Of a stretch of 64,000 nucleotides of DNA, positions 21,511 through 35,938 are shown piece after piece; positions within the stretch are counted from its first letter, which is position 1, and each line of letters begins with the position of its first letter. The position numbers and the translations under genes are program-made. Source of the DNA: Octopus sinensis. Lineage: Eukaryota. The notes under the pieces were generated by a model, which ran no database searches, was not told where the DNA came from, and worked only from the letters and a program-made list of their open reading frames with translations. Where the stretch lies: assembly GCF_006345805.1 (NCBI RefSeq), contig NW_021832227.1, positions 248,001-312,000 of the forward strand. The letters are read 5' to 3'.

Positions 21511-23061
21511 CTAATCCGTTTTGACTTTATCAAACATAGTCGTGCTGTACTCAGCGTGTGCTCCGGTCCACACAACCATAAATAACATCAATAAAACGAG
21601 CATAAGCATGACCACAGCATAATAAGGATAAGCTTGCACAATATAACGGTCAAACTGGTCATGTCGAAGAGGACGAATGGCCATCTACAGTACACTTTTG
21701 AAAAATACCTGTGACTTGTAATTAATGGTAGAATAACCAACTCGATTATAGTCAACAATAAACTTAAAAACACCATAGACGTCAGGTAAGCGGACGATCG
21801 CTGTAAAAATTCCATTTCCTAACACAATCGAGCAAAGATTACCCACCAGTAGTATTCATGAAAACTCTGATAAAAACATCAATTTTTTTGATCTCAAATT
21901 GGACATCATCGGCTACAAATGGTTCCCAGCTACCATCAACTAACTCTTCAATCTCCAATTGAAACAACTAAGGTGGAATAAACCAAATAAATATTACGAT
22001 AATGTCATTGATGGTGTACTGACTCGGAGTGACCCCATTTTTTAATAAACTATGATTTGAACTCTTGATTCGAATAAATCCTCGCCTTTTGAACGTCCAG
22101 TCAATCAGATTAGCAGCCAAGTCTCCGTTACCGAAAGATCTGATAAAAATATAAATCAAACCGGTTAAAATTTATAAAAGGGTCACTCAACATCTCCGTC
22201 GACCCAAGAAAGAGAGCCCTCCCGTTTGTTTCACGTGTCTGAATCGCACTTATCAAGGCCAAAGACTGCCCTACACCCAATGGATACTAAAAATGTTAAT
22301 ACAAGAAAAACTTTGGAAACGAACTTCTCCTTTGAGGACATGGGATATGCAGTGGACGAGGCGTGGAGGACTTTGATTGCCAAATCGTTCTTAGGGTCAA
22401 CCAACATTCTAAATTTCATTTAAAATAAAAACCCAATTCCACTATAAAGAAGAGGACCTCTGATTTGGCCGATCGGATCACAGTTCAGGAGATTTTTGCT
22501 ATCGACAATAAAAGTGGAATGCTTTATTTAATTGTCAAAAAAATAATAACCTTTCCTGAATCGAGTTCACCAAAGACGTTGAAATTGTCAATAATCTGAG
22601 AGTTCTCATGGTCCATCTCAATTCCGCACTCATAGCCCAACATTCTTATTAGTGGTCCTTTAAATAAATCGACAAATTTACTTATTCCGGGACGGAGTGT
22701 TACAAAAATATTTCTTCCCCTATCGAGGAATGCTAAAATCTCATCAAGGTCTACTGATCCTCCGAATTCTGACCAAGATAAAATGGAAAGACTCAACCGT
22801 CCACAGAAGAGCCAAAAATTATTATATTTTGGTAAATAAATTCGCCAAATCTTTTGAGTTTTATGTTTTCAGCGTCGGAAGAGCGAATATCAAGTTTATA
22901 GTTTTTAGCTGTGATGTTATTGGTAATTACAAACATTTTAGAATTTCAAAAAACGATGAATATTTATCAATCGAGTTTATGTCATCCATCAAAACGAGTG
23001 TTTTTTCTCCATTTTGAGTTGAAATGGGCACAAAATAGAGAGATAACAAAAGCAGAAGCAT
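21511..23061 (-). CDS. DDOST: Oligosaccharyltransferase 48 kDa subunit (OST48/WBP1), multi-exon
   Basis: Signal peptide then KTLVLMDD, KRFGEFIYQNIIIF, EFGG, LGYECGIEMD, LIDWTFKRRG, LPDVYGVFKFIVDYNRVGY, RPLRHDQFDRYIVQAYPYY, a TM helix and the dilysine-like end KVKTD*. Confidence 0.92.
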
Positions 23062-24253
23062 ACTCAACACGTCACCGAATATTTATTTATAGAAAAGTCT
23101 TGTTTGAACCATTAAAAAATATTTTTAGTTCAATTAATATCGGCAAAAAACTATACCTAATATATCAAAAATCCTTTGATCCAAATCTAGCCAAAATGTA
23201 GAGAAACCTCTCTTAGAAAAACTATAACTTGGTCAGTCTATTACAGTCGAGTTCGTTTGTTCCACTTGTATCTCGCATTTTTTACTGAAAAACTTGTTAC
23301 TAATCCCAAGACTTATTTACCTACTCCATTCCTCACCGTGCTATTGACCTAGTAATTGTTTTTTGACCATCGACGATACAATTATATAGATTGGCCTTGC
23401 TTGATCTTAAGTATGATGTTTATCGAGTCCGTGGAAGTCTGCTTGTTAGACGAATTGGTGTATACTTCTGCAAAAATCCGCTCTTGTCGTGTTACCTTTC
23501 ATCTTTTTGTACGCTCTTTTTTATTCCACTTTCTTGAACATGTTGTTGAATATCCAGTGGCATTTGAGTCATGGGGTTTTCTCGGAAAAAAAACCTTATT
23601 GTAGAAAAGCTGGGATCAATTCGTCAATAATCATTTCCTTAAGGAACTACAATCCCGTCCTGACTAACTTGAGCTGGCATACTTTAGGTCTTCTCCGAGT
23701 CACACTTCGGTAATTGAATGAAAGCTTACAAATCTCTTTGATCGGGCTATTACTTTTTAATAAATCAGTTCAGCATGTATGAAGTTGAATATTTTGACTT
23801 CTTCGTCTAATCCAGTAACCACTGGACTCGACAGCGAGACAGAAAGCGCCCAGATAAAATGACTGCATTTCCTTTCGGTTAACCAAATCTCTCGTCTAGA
23901 ATTTCACATGCTCCGGCACCTTTTTAAAATATCAATCTCTCTATTATTGCCCTTGTCGGCGACAACTGCCGGGAATACCTGTTCTCTTGGCAAGCTCGAA
24001 AGGAGCCGAAGTAGAGTTATCTCAATATTCTTAATACTAGAGTTGATCTTCTTAACTTTTACTTACTTGAAGTTGAGGATAAAAAAGATTTGATTCAAAT
24101 TAATTGTCTTAGAATGACTACATCACTTTTTCGTGGATGGTATTTGTAATTCTTGGTTTTTTTCCTAAGTAAATATCAATCCTTCAAATGTTCTTTTTTA
24201 TGAAATTAAATCATTGAATTGTTACAAACAAGAAATTCGAAAAAGTTAATTGA

Positions 24254-25962
24254 TTATTCGCGTAGAGGCACTTTGGCTAAATTACGAATATCCTCGAGGG
24301 TGTAATCGATCAGTAATCGTCCATTTTCAAACACTGTCTTCATACAATTCTAAAGCCATTGTAAATTTGAAATTCAACAACTTTCTCCTGATTTCCCTTC
24401 CCTTCTTGATGTGTAAAAAAGTCACCATTTTCCATACGTTCTAAAACTAAGAGCCCCTTTTTTGAATTTTTTGTAGGATCAGTAATCGGAGTTTTCGATA
24501 CATTTCTCTAATCAAATAAAAAACTACAATATACCGGTTTCCCATCTACTATCACATAACTGCACTTAAAAGCACATTTATGGGTGTCGCGATTCACTTT
24601 CTGGATGAGTCCACCTCCAGAACCAAAGACCAGATTGGAAGTAGACCAACCACCATCACAAACACATTCCAAAATATTTTCAAGAGTTTCCATTTTTATT
24701 CCATCTCCTTGAATGACTCTAATATATGGGGGAAGTATTTTGTAGCCCTTGCTATTCAAAGAATACCCAAATTTATTCGCAAGAATATCCAAAACCTTTT
24801 AATCAACAAACAAAATTAATGACCCGAAGTATGGTGGAAGCTGGGTCCCCAGAATCCGGACGAACAACAAGAATAGCTTGAGAATTTTCCTTCCAACGCC
24901 GAACCACCTGATCCTTCAGCTTTTCACCCCAAATATTTTCACAGGCGTTCCAAATATCGTAAGAATCACTCACAACAGAAATTGGACAGTCTGGAAACCT
25001 ATCAAGAGCACATTTATAGGCATCAGATTCACCGTAACGTCCCCATGTTATTATTGTGCTAATTATTATTTCATCAATATCAATCACCTATGCTCTGTAG
25101 CAGGAATGCTATGACCAGCCATATCGCAGTTATAGTATTTCCTTCCAAATAAAATGGCTTGTAGCATGTCTGTTCCTCGAAAGTTTACCAAGTGAGCGAG
25201 TCCTCCAATCCCAGCAGACTTCAATATAAATATATTATTAAACTTCTGCAGATGATGCGCCTCTAAAACCAAAGTCATGCAGTTGGTAATCGATTTGTGA
25301 TTGATCGGACGATGACTTGGTCAAATGCCGGAGTAAAATTTTTTTCATTTCGAATGACCGGGTGGCAACAGTCATTGGATACCATGTTTGAACTAACAGT
25401 GACTAAATATAATATATTCAAGAATAAAATTACTTCCACATAACATGTAAGCCAAAAACATTGTGGGTCAGTATTTTCAACTGTAAAAAGTGCATTTCCT
25501 GTGTTAATAACTGTCCCTTCTGGAACCGCCTTAATTTTTAGTGGCAAATACCCGCCATGCTTCTAAAAAATTAAAATACAATATATAATTGTGATATAAA
25601 AATCTGAATTGCTATCAGATTGGAATTGTAAAATTATTTCGAAATTTAGATCCACCTCTAAGATATAATTCCAGCCAGATTCGTTAAAAAATTGAGTCTG
25701 CGGCCCAAAATGTGAATTAATGATTGATTTAGCTTCATCTATCTTTTCTCTCGTTACAACCTGTCCACACATATATTTCTTTATAATATATTGGAGTCCA
25801 AAGAACAGAGTGCTTGAATATTTACCACCACGGGACTCAAAAAACGCATATAAAAATTCTGTACCGGGCGGATATTGAATATGGTGAGAGACCTTAATTA
25901 CTTTATTGATTTATTTTTACTTTATAAGAATCGGCAAGCAAAATTATGTTAATATCGCACAT
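24254..25962 (-). CDS. NAMPT: Nicotinamide phosphoribosyltransferase, 9 exons
   Basis: [78 protein letters not shown]. Introns of 28, 93, 31, 25, 29, 28, 27 and 32 nt give one continuous frame to TAA. Confidence 0.97.
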
Positions 25963-26289
25963 TGATTTTTTAGATTTAAATATTTGGTAAATTCTAAAAA
26001 CAAAAATTAGAAAAAATAATAATAATTAAAGATATTTTAATTATTATTCATTAGGAAAAATTAGATTTTGTTAATATAACCTTTTCATTATTATTAACCG
26101 TGTTTTGTAAAAATCCATTTATGATTAACAATATTATTAAAAAGAAAACCGTGACAACTGAAGGCTTGATAATTATTCATTGCAAAAGATTACTTAAAGT
26201 GTAAAGAATTGAGTCATCGTTAATAATCAGGCACGAATATTTCGACTATTGGTTAAACTATTCTATGTAATATAGGTAAATAGAAACAG

Positions 26290-26740
26290 TGTAACCACTG
26301 TAAGAGTAAGGCAATGACCGTTGATCATTTAGCCACGAAGTGCGGGAGTATGCTTTACCATGATTACACATGGAGGCATCACGAGGTGGTGATGTCTTTC
26401 CATCTTTTGCTCTGCAATAAGTATGGCTTGAGGCGGTCCAGAAAGTTGCGAACCCATCGAGTTCAATCGGTGTGTGAGAACTCGCGGGTGTGCATTAAAG
26501 TGGATAACCCCATACGCACCTCGATTGTTGTCCAGCACAACAGACCCGATATTGTGGTCCACGATAAGGTCACCGGGGAGATTGTTATCGTGGAGGTGGG
26601 GATCACGTGCCTAGACCGTTTGCAGATAGTGGAAGTGGAGAAAAGGAGGAAGTATGACCTCCTTGCAAACGAGCTAGGACTGATGCACCAGTGCAAAGTC
26701 CATGTCATCCCGTGTGTGATGACAGGTCCACATTAATCAA
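26290..26740 (+). mobile_element. R4/NeSL-like non-LTR 3' fragment
   Basis: TVDHLATKC..DYTWRHHEV..HNRPDIVVHDK..IVIVEVGIT..EVEKRRKYDLLANEL. Confidence 0.8.
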
Positions 26741-26789
26741 TCCATGTTAAAAGAGGAGATTGGGTTTCTCAGAAATGTGGACACATAAG

Positions 26790-27360
26790 TTTTCCAATTC
26801 TTAAAGGTTACGAACGGCATTCCTGCCTTTTCAGTTCCGCACACACGCTCGCCTCTCAGCCGCAAACTAAGACTTACCGCCTTACCTGCAACCCAGACAT
26901 TATCTTCTCTAAGACCTCAGGGAGGCCTTTGAGGGACAATTCCTGGGTGTCCGAGAGCTCCTCTCGCCATTTTAAGCCATGGGCTAGCTGGATATCTCGT
27001 CTTCTGACTTTCTTGAGCGCGTCAACGTACTTCTTCCGGTCCTCGCAGAAGTGCCAGGCATGTACGCCATAGGTCAACACGGGTAACACCATGGCGTTAA
27101 ACACGCGTAGCCAAGCACCTCTCCGCAGCCGGAAGGCACGCAGCGCGCCTAATCGCTGAATTGCACGCATTTTCGTACATGCAATGTGATCATCAAACTT
27201 ACCGGACAGCTTAAAGAGCACGCCAAAATAAGTCATCCGATCAACTGCAGCAATTGCTGACCCGTTCAGCAATAACCTAGGGACGTAATTAGTGTAACCC
27301 CTCGTCCTTTTACAGACTTTGAGAACACTGCACTTGTCCGGACGCATCTTTAGACCCCTA
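26790..27360 (-). mobile_element. LINE reverse transcriptase C-terminal fragment
   Basis: PDKCSVL..MTYFGVLF..FDDHI..VFNAMVLPVLTYGVHAW. Confidence 0.7.
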
Positions 27361-27944
27361 CTCCCACACCAGTTTACAAGCCCCTACTCTCTCACTAGTT
27401 TACAAGTTACAAGTCCAGGTATTTATTGTTAATGCTGAATTCTAATGACGTGAATTATGATATTCGGGTAACTAATTAATAAAATCAAAAATCATCTTAA
27501 AACAGATTCGAATTTAAATTGTAGCTTTTTAAGCACTTATGATAGTTTGAGTAGAATAATCGAAGGATAAATGTTTAAGTTACTACATAAGTGTTTCCTA
27601 CGTATTAACAAAAAAAACTTAAAAAATAAGTACACAAAAGTAAGAATTCGTTGCATTACATATAAACAAAAAAGTGCATATATCATAATAAATTTTGTTC
27701 GATCAAGTTTAAAAAATCTCGATGCACTGTTTTACTTTAATCTGGCAGTAACGATTTAAACGTCATTGAAAGTAGACATAAAATCTAAAGGACTAGTTAC
27801 AAGATGTCCAGCAATAAAAAATATAGACCGCACCTGACATCATAACTGACAATTATGAGTAATCAAAGATAGATTACTCATAAAAAGTTTTTTTATTAAA
27901 AAAATTTTTTTAAAAATATATTTTTTTAATTATTTTTTTTAGAA

Positions 27945-28847
27945 TTGGAACGGGTCAGGACTCAAAATCCCCGAAGACACAACGAAACAAAGGAACTGGG
28001 ATAACATTGTCTGCTCCAAAATTTCAGAAGGGCTTAAAAAAAAGCAGAAGCAAATCAACATCGCCTTGCTTGCCTGGTGTCAGCCTCAAGTGGAGGGAGC
28101 GGAGCATGGCTTGGTGCAATCCCTTGCCCAAATCTCGGGACTTTTTTGGACGACGATTCTTTGAGGATTGGAATCGGACAAAGACTTGGACTAGACGTTT
28201 GCCAGGAGCACCGATGCCGCTGCGGGAAAACGGTCGATGCGAAGGGATTGCACCCGCTATCCTGCAGGAGATCCGCCGGAAGAGGACCACGTCACGCCGC
28301 TCTGAACGACGTGATCGTCAGAGCTCTGAAGGCTGCAGGCTTCCCAGCACAGCTTGCTTGAACCAGTGGGTCTCGATCGAGGTGATGGAAAGAGACCTGA
28401 CGGGATGACTCTTTTCCCTTTCAACTCCGGACGATCTTTGGTCTGGGACGCAACTTGCGTCGATACTTACTCAAGCACGAATCTCCTTAAATCGGTTCAG
28501 ACACCTGGAGCAGCTGCCTCAATCGCGGAAAACCTTAAAACCAAAAAATATTCCTTCCTCGGGGACCGCTACAGATTCACCCCTGTTGCGGCTGAGTCAT
28601 CAGGAGCTGTGGGCCCAGCGACTGCCGAGTTCTTGCGCAAACTCGGAAGAATGCTCGCCACAAAGAAAAATGATCCTCGTGAAGGAGTATGGCTAAGACA
28701 AAGGATCGGAATAGCCATACTCCGAGGGAACTCGCTTTCCATACAGGCAGCGGGCTTCCTCAATTGATTTCTCAAATCAATCTCTTCTCTGAATTTATTA
28801 ACTGACATTATTAATAATTTAGTAAAAAAAAAAAAAAAAAAAAAAAA
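27945..28847 (+). mobile_element. CRE-like non-LTR element, 5'-truncated, with poly(A) tail
   Basis: [84 protein letters not shown]; short 3' UTR and an A-run at about 28824-28847. One in-frame stop. Confidence 0.9.
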
Positions 28848-29669
28848 TTATTTTACAGTGTCGTTAAAACATATTACGGTCGATGAAAGTATTAGAATTT
28901 TTCCTATACTTTTGAGAAAATTGTTTCTAATTGAATTAACAATCCATCTGGATTCTATAATTAACTAAAAGTGCAATTAGTTCCAACTATATGCTTATTT
29001 TTCAATCTATGAACTATTTATGTGAGACAGACAATCTACTAGAAATATTTTTTTGTGTTCCCGGTGCGCATGAGGAAGGCAGGCAACAAATTTAGGTTTT
29101 TACTTTGTTTTTTTTGAGTACATCAACTAGTTATAATAAATAATATTTAATTGTCATAATTTAACTAGCACGATAAGCGGTTTTGTGGCTATTTTCCGGA
29201 ATAAAATTCAAATTGATGTACATTAATTCAATAAACTTTTTATATGATTTTAAAGATCGGATACTACAAACTGGACTTGGTAATTGAAATGAACTCAATA
29301 GGCGTAACATTTATCCAAAATACGCATATTTTAATATTAGTGACGTCGATAATTGTGATTATATTGACTAAAAATATATTAAACTTATTATTCTTTTTAG
29401 AGAGAAATAATTATTGATAAAAAATAATAAACCACATAATGATTTTAAAAAAAATTTTTAATTAATCGCAACGTGGTCCATTACTTATGTATTGAAATCT
29501 GGAATTTCGTCATTTCGATTTTGCGTTAATTGCGTACAATTTTTAGTTTAAAATTCAATTTATCGGCATCAAATTAATTTCATGGAGTTGTACCTTACTT
29601 TTTATTTTTCTTAGATCAGACTTCGTAAACAATCCAAAATACGTTCCTCTCTCCATTTTATTTTCTAAT

Positions 29670-31491
29670 ATGTTTAAACGCATTACTACAGCAAGATTTC
29701 AAAGAAAAAATTACGAATTTACAGAATTTGATACAATTAATAACATAAGTGAACTTAATTTAAATAAAGTTTGTATCGAAATAGCTATAGATTAGGATAT
29801 TCATTTAAATAAAGCTCTTTCGACTTTTATTGGATTAAATTCCGATCAAGAAAAAAATCCAATCATTTTCATTGATATTCTGCTAAAATGCTATCTGAAT
29901 GTCGAAGGATGTAAAGAATCCAATCTGCTCATCGAACGATGGACATTAAAGTCATCCAAAGATCTACAGTTGTTGGAAATTAAAATTTTATATTTATTTA
30001 GAACGAACAAGCGGTTGACAATGGCAGATTTTTTGGAAAATTATTTGCGGAATGGGGAAATTTCCAAGTTTATCGATCGTAATGTAATACCAAATTCTTC
30101 ATTGCATTTGTCATTTGAGAATTCCTCGTCTCATCGATTTATAAACGAAGCAAAAAAACTTGATTTTCCCGTAATTTCGGATGATTCTTGCCTTCTTTAT
30201 GTTCAAGTTGAGTGGCTTCCGCTTCGTAGAAATTTGATTAAATGCAGAAACGTTTTTCATTATCATAAATCCAGTTTTGAGAATACATCAGAAAGCCAAA
30301 TTATTATTTTTACACCAATTCATGAGTTCAATGAGAACAAAACTGATATTAAACGCCCCAATATTTCTAAAAGCACCGAATCAAGTCAACAAGAAGACAA
30401 ACATTTTGATTTTAACGACTCTTATTCTTTTAAGAACGAAAAAAGTTATTCTTTCAATTTTCAGTCTCGGTGTTCTGGAGAATTGAGTAATCAAGGGATT
30501 GAATATGAGTCACCAATTCGCTTTTTTGACAAACCATTGGGTCGAATGAGCTTTTCTTCAAGTAAAATGAGATTGAGTCCAGTTTTATATGTCTTTATAT
30601 GTATTTAGGCTCCAAGACCTCGTTCATCTTCTGGAAATTTTGATTTTGACGAAAGCCTTACATCTCCTGAGAAACTTTCCAAGTTTTTTTTTGATAAATT
30701 TTTAGTTCTTTTTATCAACCTACGGAAAAATCTAGCAACGGGGACATTTCCTTGGCTGAGAAGTTTCAAAATATCTCCATGTCACGTTCGCGAAGACTAG
30801 TTGGCTGCTTTATTGTATTTTTATGTTTATGGATTATTTTTAGGAAAATTTACTATCTGGATCAATATACCCTTCTGGGTACTTGGATGGGTTCAGTATC
30901 CAGCTTAGTACTCAAGGACCGGATGCAGATCCAATGATTGCGTTGCCTTTGTCAACTTTCTTTTTTGACTCATCTGTAGATAGTCCAAATTTGTGTCCTT
31001 ATTTGGTTTTTGTGGCTAACATTAGTTGTAGGGATATGTAGACCTTCGACATCTTAACCCTGGCCATAAAATTCCTGCCGAAGGTATGATTCAACTGGTA
31101 GATCTATTTTTTATTCTATTCTAGATTCTTCTTAATCCTGACAAAAAAGTGATAAGAATTTTGCTTGTTAATTACGATTTTTCTGATATGATGGCAAATT
31201 CAACTAGTTTTATCAGACTAACCGTAATTTACGCTCCCAAGAAGACTGAAGGGGTCGATACGAGTGAATATCGGACTTATATTCAATATTGTGTACATTT
31301 TCGGTAGTTTTTTGCATATCTTAATGATTTCTAGTATAATGAGTACCGATATCAATGAAAAGTTTTTGTACAGCGAAATTCGAATGATATTTCCTTCCTA
31401 TCCTTTGGATTTGGAATCGGACGGAGTGAAATATGAGTTGGTGACTAATACTGAAATACCCATTGATCCGAAATATTGCGAAAATCACTGA
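29670..31491 (+). CDS. ATOSA: Atos homolog (FAM214A-like), multi-exon, start uncertain
   Basis: N-terminal PIIFIDILL..LLIERWTL and FPV..LYVQVEWLP. C-terminal GFSIQLSTQG..LPLSTFF..PYLGYVDL..KIPAEGMIQLILLNP..NYDFSDM and FLYSEIRMIF..YEL...EIP.DPKY. Both match the FAM214/Atos domains as recalled. Confidence 0.75.
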
Positions 31492-32099
31492 TTTGTTGCT
31501 TTCTACTTGAAAGTCCTGAAAGTTTCTCATAAGTTGAGTTTTTTTTAACATTTCTATATTCCAATTTGTTTTGTTTTTTTAAAATAATTATACAAATTGA
31601 GGTTAGATCTATCATGTCGCACGTGATTTGCACATTTGTGGTTTCTTAAGTCTAGTTGTTTGTTTGTTTACATACAAAGGCAGATTTAAGAATATAATTA
31701 GACTAAAGGACTATTAGGTAAATAATTTGGAAAATAATTTTTTTCTGTTTCAAGTTACAACTTCAAAAAGCTTTTGAGTATCAAATCTAAAATTTAAGAG
31801 GTCGTTATATTATTGATCTGAAAATTTTTCACACTTATAACAGCATAAAATTCTCATTTAGATATGGTTTTGGAAAAATTAAATTTCAAGTGTGTTTTGA
31901 GTGATAACCAAACTGAAGATATGACTAAGATTGATTCAGTCTTTAAAAGATGGATTTAGTTTAATATTTTTTTATTTAAAGATGTTATTGTATCAAGATT
32001 TTTATCAATAAAAAAAAAGTAATTAACTAATTAATTGCTTAACTATTAACTTTGATGTACATGATTTGACTCGATCGACAACGCCCTCAAGCACTTCTA

Positions 32100-33500
32100 C
32101 CGAACATTTTTGATTGGAAGAAAATCATTCTTAAGAATGAGGAAAATTTACCCAAAACCAGTAAGAAAATTTCCGTCGGGGATTCTACTCTAATCGAGGA
32201 ACGGAACTCATTGAAAGGTCGCTCTCATCTACAAAATATAACCGGCAATCGGATCAGAACTACTGAATAAAGTCATAGAATAACGCAAAAGACAATCGGT
32301 ACGGGAGGGCCGAAAAGTTTGCCAGAGGATTAAATGCGGAGGTCCCACTAAACAAAAGTATTGGCATCCCTAAGAAGATTCACAAACCCTGAGAGATTTT
32401 AAATCGGGTGAGGATAATGCGGTTCCCTTCACCAACAAAACGTCAAGTTCTACGCTGGGATCAGCAACATCCCCCACAGGAATACGATGGACCATGCTTG
32501 AAGTCGTTGAAACCTCGAAGATGTCGGGACATGATTATCCTCACTCAGAGGAGGTGCTCAGACCATCAGAAATTTAAGAAGCACTGGCTCTTGTGGACCT
32601 GACGGAATTCCTACTATTCTGGTGAAAAACCTAGGACAGGTAGCAATATCAGCTCTTTGTCAAATTTAACAACTTTTTCTTAAACAACACAATACCCCCA
32701 CTATGAAAATGTGCACACATTCGCTATTCGAAACCAGGGAGACCAAAAGACAACCCGGCATCCTACAGAGCCAAATATTTCTCCTCTTCGTTGCCTTTCG
32801 CAAAGTTCTGGAAAAAACTTATACTCAAACCACAATCAACAAAATCTCCCGGATTTGGACGTTCAACATGAATTTAAATGTGGTACAAATCAACTACCCC
32901 CCACATCGCACCTTGGTCCCTTTGACAATCTCGAAAGTTGGCTCTCGTTAAATCGACTATCAACGAGTCCTGAAAAATCGGTCACCACCTTAATACTTCA
33001 GCAAGGAAGCTTGGGAAAACGGTGGTGAACCTGTATCTAATAACTGGAAATCCCGTTTAAAAAAAACAGAATCCCCAAAATCCCTCGGCGTGACTTACGA
33101 TAGTCATATGTATTTTCTCAACAAGTTGATAATATTACTACTAGCTGCATGAAGAACTGAACATCTGGAAATTGTTTCTCCGAAAATGCAAAACAGTGGA
33201 TCATTCCCGCACGCCAAGCAATATACCGGCAATTCATCGAACCCTCCCTTAGTTATGCTTGTGAGGCGTGGGGAGGGTTTATCAGCGGTACGAACCGCGT
33301 TAAAATTGAGAAAACTCAAGAACGCTTCCGAAAAGCACTACAAGGACCGAACGAAACATCTTCTCATCGCCCCCTTTATGAAATCTTGAGAAGAAACCTC
33401 GGGGCTACAGGCCCAAAACACCACCACCACCGCGCCTCACACAGAAATTGTGCCGGGACAAGGGAGGAGCACCGGGCAAAGTTGAGGACCCTCCTCAGAG
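32100..33500 (+). mobile_element. Degraded LINE reverse transcriptase region
   Basis: KSLGVTYDSHM and QAIYRQFIEPSLSYACEAWG; many frameshifts. Confidence 0.6.
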
Positions 33501-33589
33501 AAGCCGGGATCACCTGATTAATTAGTTTTATGTTTTGGACGGTGATCTTGGTTTTAATAATAATTGCTTAACTATGTTTAGAGCCTTTG

Positions 33590-35330
33590 AAGTGATCAAA
33601 GGATGACACTTCAAGCACCTCCTTCCCAATACGTTAATCTGCGGGTTGTCCAGGCTGCTAAAGAGAGTGTTTGAAGGACTTTTAAGTTGATCTTTTTTAT
33701 TAGCGATTCCCTCTGAAGTTTGATCAACTCCTTCACATTAACTTGGGTAGCACCCAGACCATACTTAGCCGACACGTAGCCTTTTATGGTTCTAAGGTGT
33801 GTACCAAGCGCTTTTTTAACAGCAAGATTGGAAATCTCCCTTTGGAATACACATAACCCACTCCAGAAGGTGTCGTGCATCTTAGTAAGAATTAGCTCAC
33901 TCAAGTGTAAGATGTTACTCAGTCCACGTCTTAGCTGCACGTGAGACAAGTATAATCTCTCCTTATTGTTTGCCAACACTTGGACGTGATTCTGTCGGAG
34001 TACTCTTCTGACAATAAGGTCCATTTTATCGTACTCACTCAGCTTAAATTCGATCAGGCCAACAAAGTAGTTTAGAAGTGAGATCGCGTACTCGTTCAAG
34101 TTGGAGGATCTCTGAAGACTTAGCGAACAGTTTAATGTCGTTTATGAATATGAGATGGTTGGTGCTAAAACATCCTCCTTCATGTTCAATCGACATTTGT
34201 TCGAATTGGGCAGTGAGGATTCTACTCAGCGGTTCTAGGCAGAGAAAAAACAACAACGGAGACATGTTCTCGCCCTGTAATATGCCCCTTTCTTGCTTAA
34301 TCTCGCCTATATCGCATTTTTGTTGTGTAAATGCACAACCCACCTGTCTATCACAGTTACAATTTGGCCTTTGCAGACATTCAACGAGGTAGGCATTGTT
34401 AACCGAGTCATATGCCTTCTTACATCCACCCAAATCGACACTAGTGAGTTTCCGTGGACACTCGCGAGGCATTTGTTAACGAGTGCCTGCTTCTTAGCTT
34501 CCTGGAAATCTTTCCACAGAACTAACTGGTTCTCGGACAGAATCCCATTCATTTCCACAAAATTTCTGACTTCAGTAGCCACCATCTTAGTCATCAACTT
34601 GTACAGGTTGGGCATACAGGTAATCGAACGATAATCTGTAGGAACGCAAAGGTTATCTACTTTAGGAATCAAATAATTGATCCCAGTACATAACCACTCT
34701 GAAATCGAGCCAGTATTAGGTATAAACTGTTCGATTGCTTGACAAATGCAATCGTGGATTGGTTTGCAATTTTTTATAAAGAAATTATACATTTTATTGA
34801 CCCCAGGTGTCTTCCAGTCAAAAAGACGGGTTACTGCCTCATCAAACTTGTTGTGGATGTCAGAGACACCACAAGACTCGATCATCAAGGAGCATTGGAT
34901 CCACAAAACGGAAACGACACACTCTTGCGAGGACGTGTTTTTCACATACTCCCCCATTTGTCAAGCATTTCGGTCTTTTGCTGAATATCGTCTTTCTGTG
35001 CAACCGCCGATAGAACAGCCTGCGATTAAACTCAAACAGGTTGTTCTCTCACCTGCGCTGACACCGAGAGTCATGCGTAATAAACGACAATCAGCTCCTC
35101 CCTCTCTGCCCGGGCACACCTCAACTCGTTGAAGTCCTATTTGACAGCTCGTTCTCAACAAAGTACAGTAAGCCCCAAAGGAAGAGTCATGCCCTTGACC
35201 GCATTGCTCACATTGTGAATGTGCTCAGTCACCGCTTCCAGCTCGGTCTTTTTTGCGGCTACCTTCTCGGAAATGTTTAACTTCCACATACTCTTTGGCC
35301 TAGGTTTCTGGGTGATTTCTTCATAGGTTG
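33590..35330 (-). mobile_element. R4/NeSL-like non-LTR retrotransposon RT region, degraded
   Basis: DYRSITCMPNLYKLMTK, GILSENQL, KKAYDSV, GILQGENMSPLLFFLCLEPL, NHLIFINDIKLF (degenerate YxDD), RLYLS..RRGL. Confidence 0.85.
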
Positions 35331-35379
35331 TCTATGCCAAGTACAAATAGAGAAAAATCTTGTCCATTGTCTCTCGAGC

Positions 35380-35938
35380 CTTACGCACGATCGATGCAAC
35401 TCATAAAGTCACTCCTCTTGAGTCACTCTGCGATCCGCAAGGGAGACAATACAATTCGCGGAGATATGCCTACTAAATATCTCCTTGACATGCAGGAGTA
35501 TCGATAACCCGCTACTCTGGTGGTCGTGTTGTTCAGAACATGGGGGGCATACTTCGGCATATCCGCAAACCCAGTTCTTCCCCGCAAGCCAGGAGGAGAG
35601 GTCTTGGCTAGCTTCTTCAGTGCATTCAACGATTAAGATCAAGCTGGGCTGGGTGGCAAAATGCAAAATACTCTAAACTAAAAAGCTTCGAAACCTGATA
35701 GCCCACACAGGTACTTCCGTGTCCAGCTTGCACGACTTCGCTCGGGACATCATCCACTCTTTTTCGAAACACTCCGCACCCTCGCCCCTGAAGACCTTTT
35801 TTCCTGTCCTGGACCGCCTCACCAGTCGCCACCTATTGGGATTTGGGATCTCTGGGAGCGCCCGATCGCCGCTGTCCGCTACCTGATTGCAGCCGGCTTC
35901 CTACATGCTAGAGAAGCCGGGGTAACTAACTAACTAAG
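35380..35938 (+). mobile_element. LINE 3' end with (TAAC)n tail
   Basis: QLARLRSGHH..IWDLWERPIAAVRYLIAAGFLH followed by taactaactaactaa. Related to 45510-46930. Confidence 0.7.

Noticed and set aside
23250-24200. Possible gene between DDOST and NAMPT
   Set aside because: Short ORFs on both strands; strand and product could not be established.
27928-28854. AATTATTTT as a TSD or shared CRE target
   Set aside because: It is AT-rich low-complexity sequence and is not in register at the other copies.
29670-30300. ATG13 HORMA domain
   Set aside because: The LLIERW motif is shared, but the downstream and C-terminal motifs fit FAM214/Atos much better.
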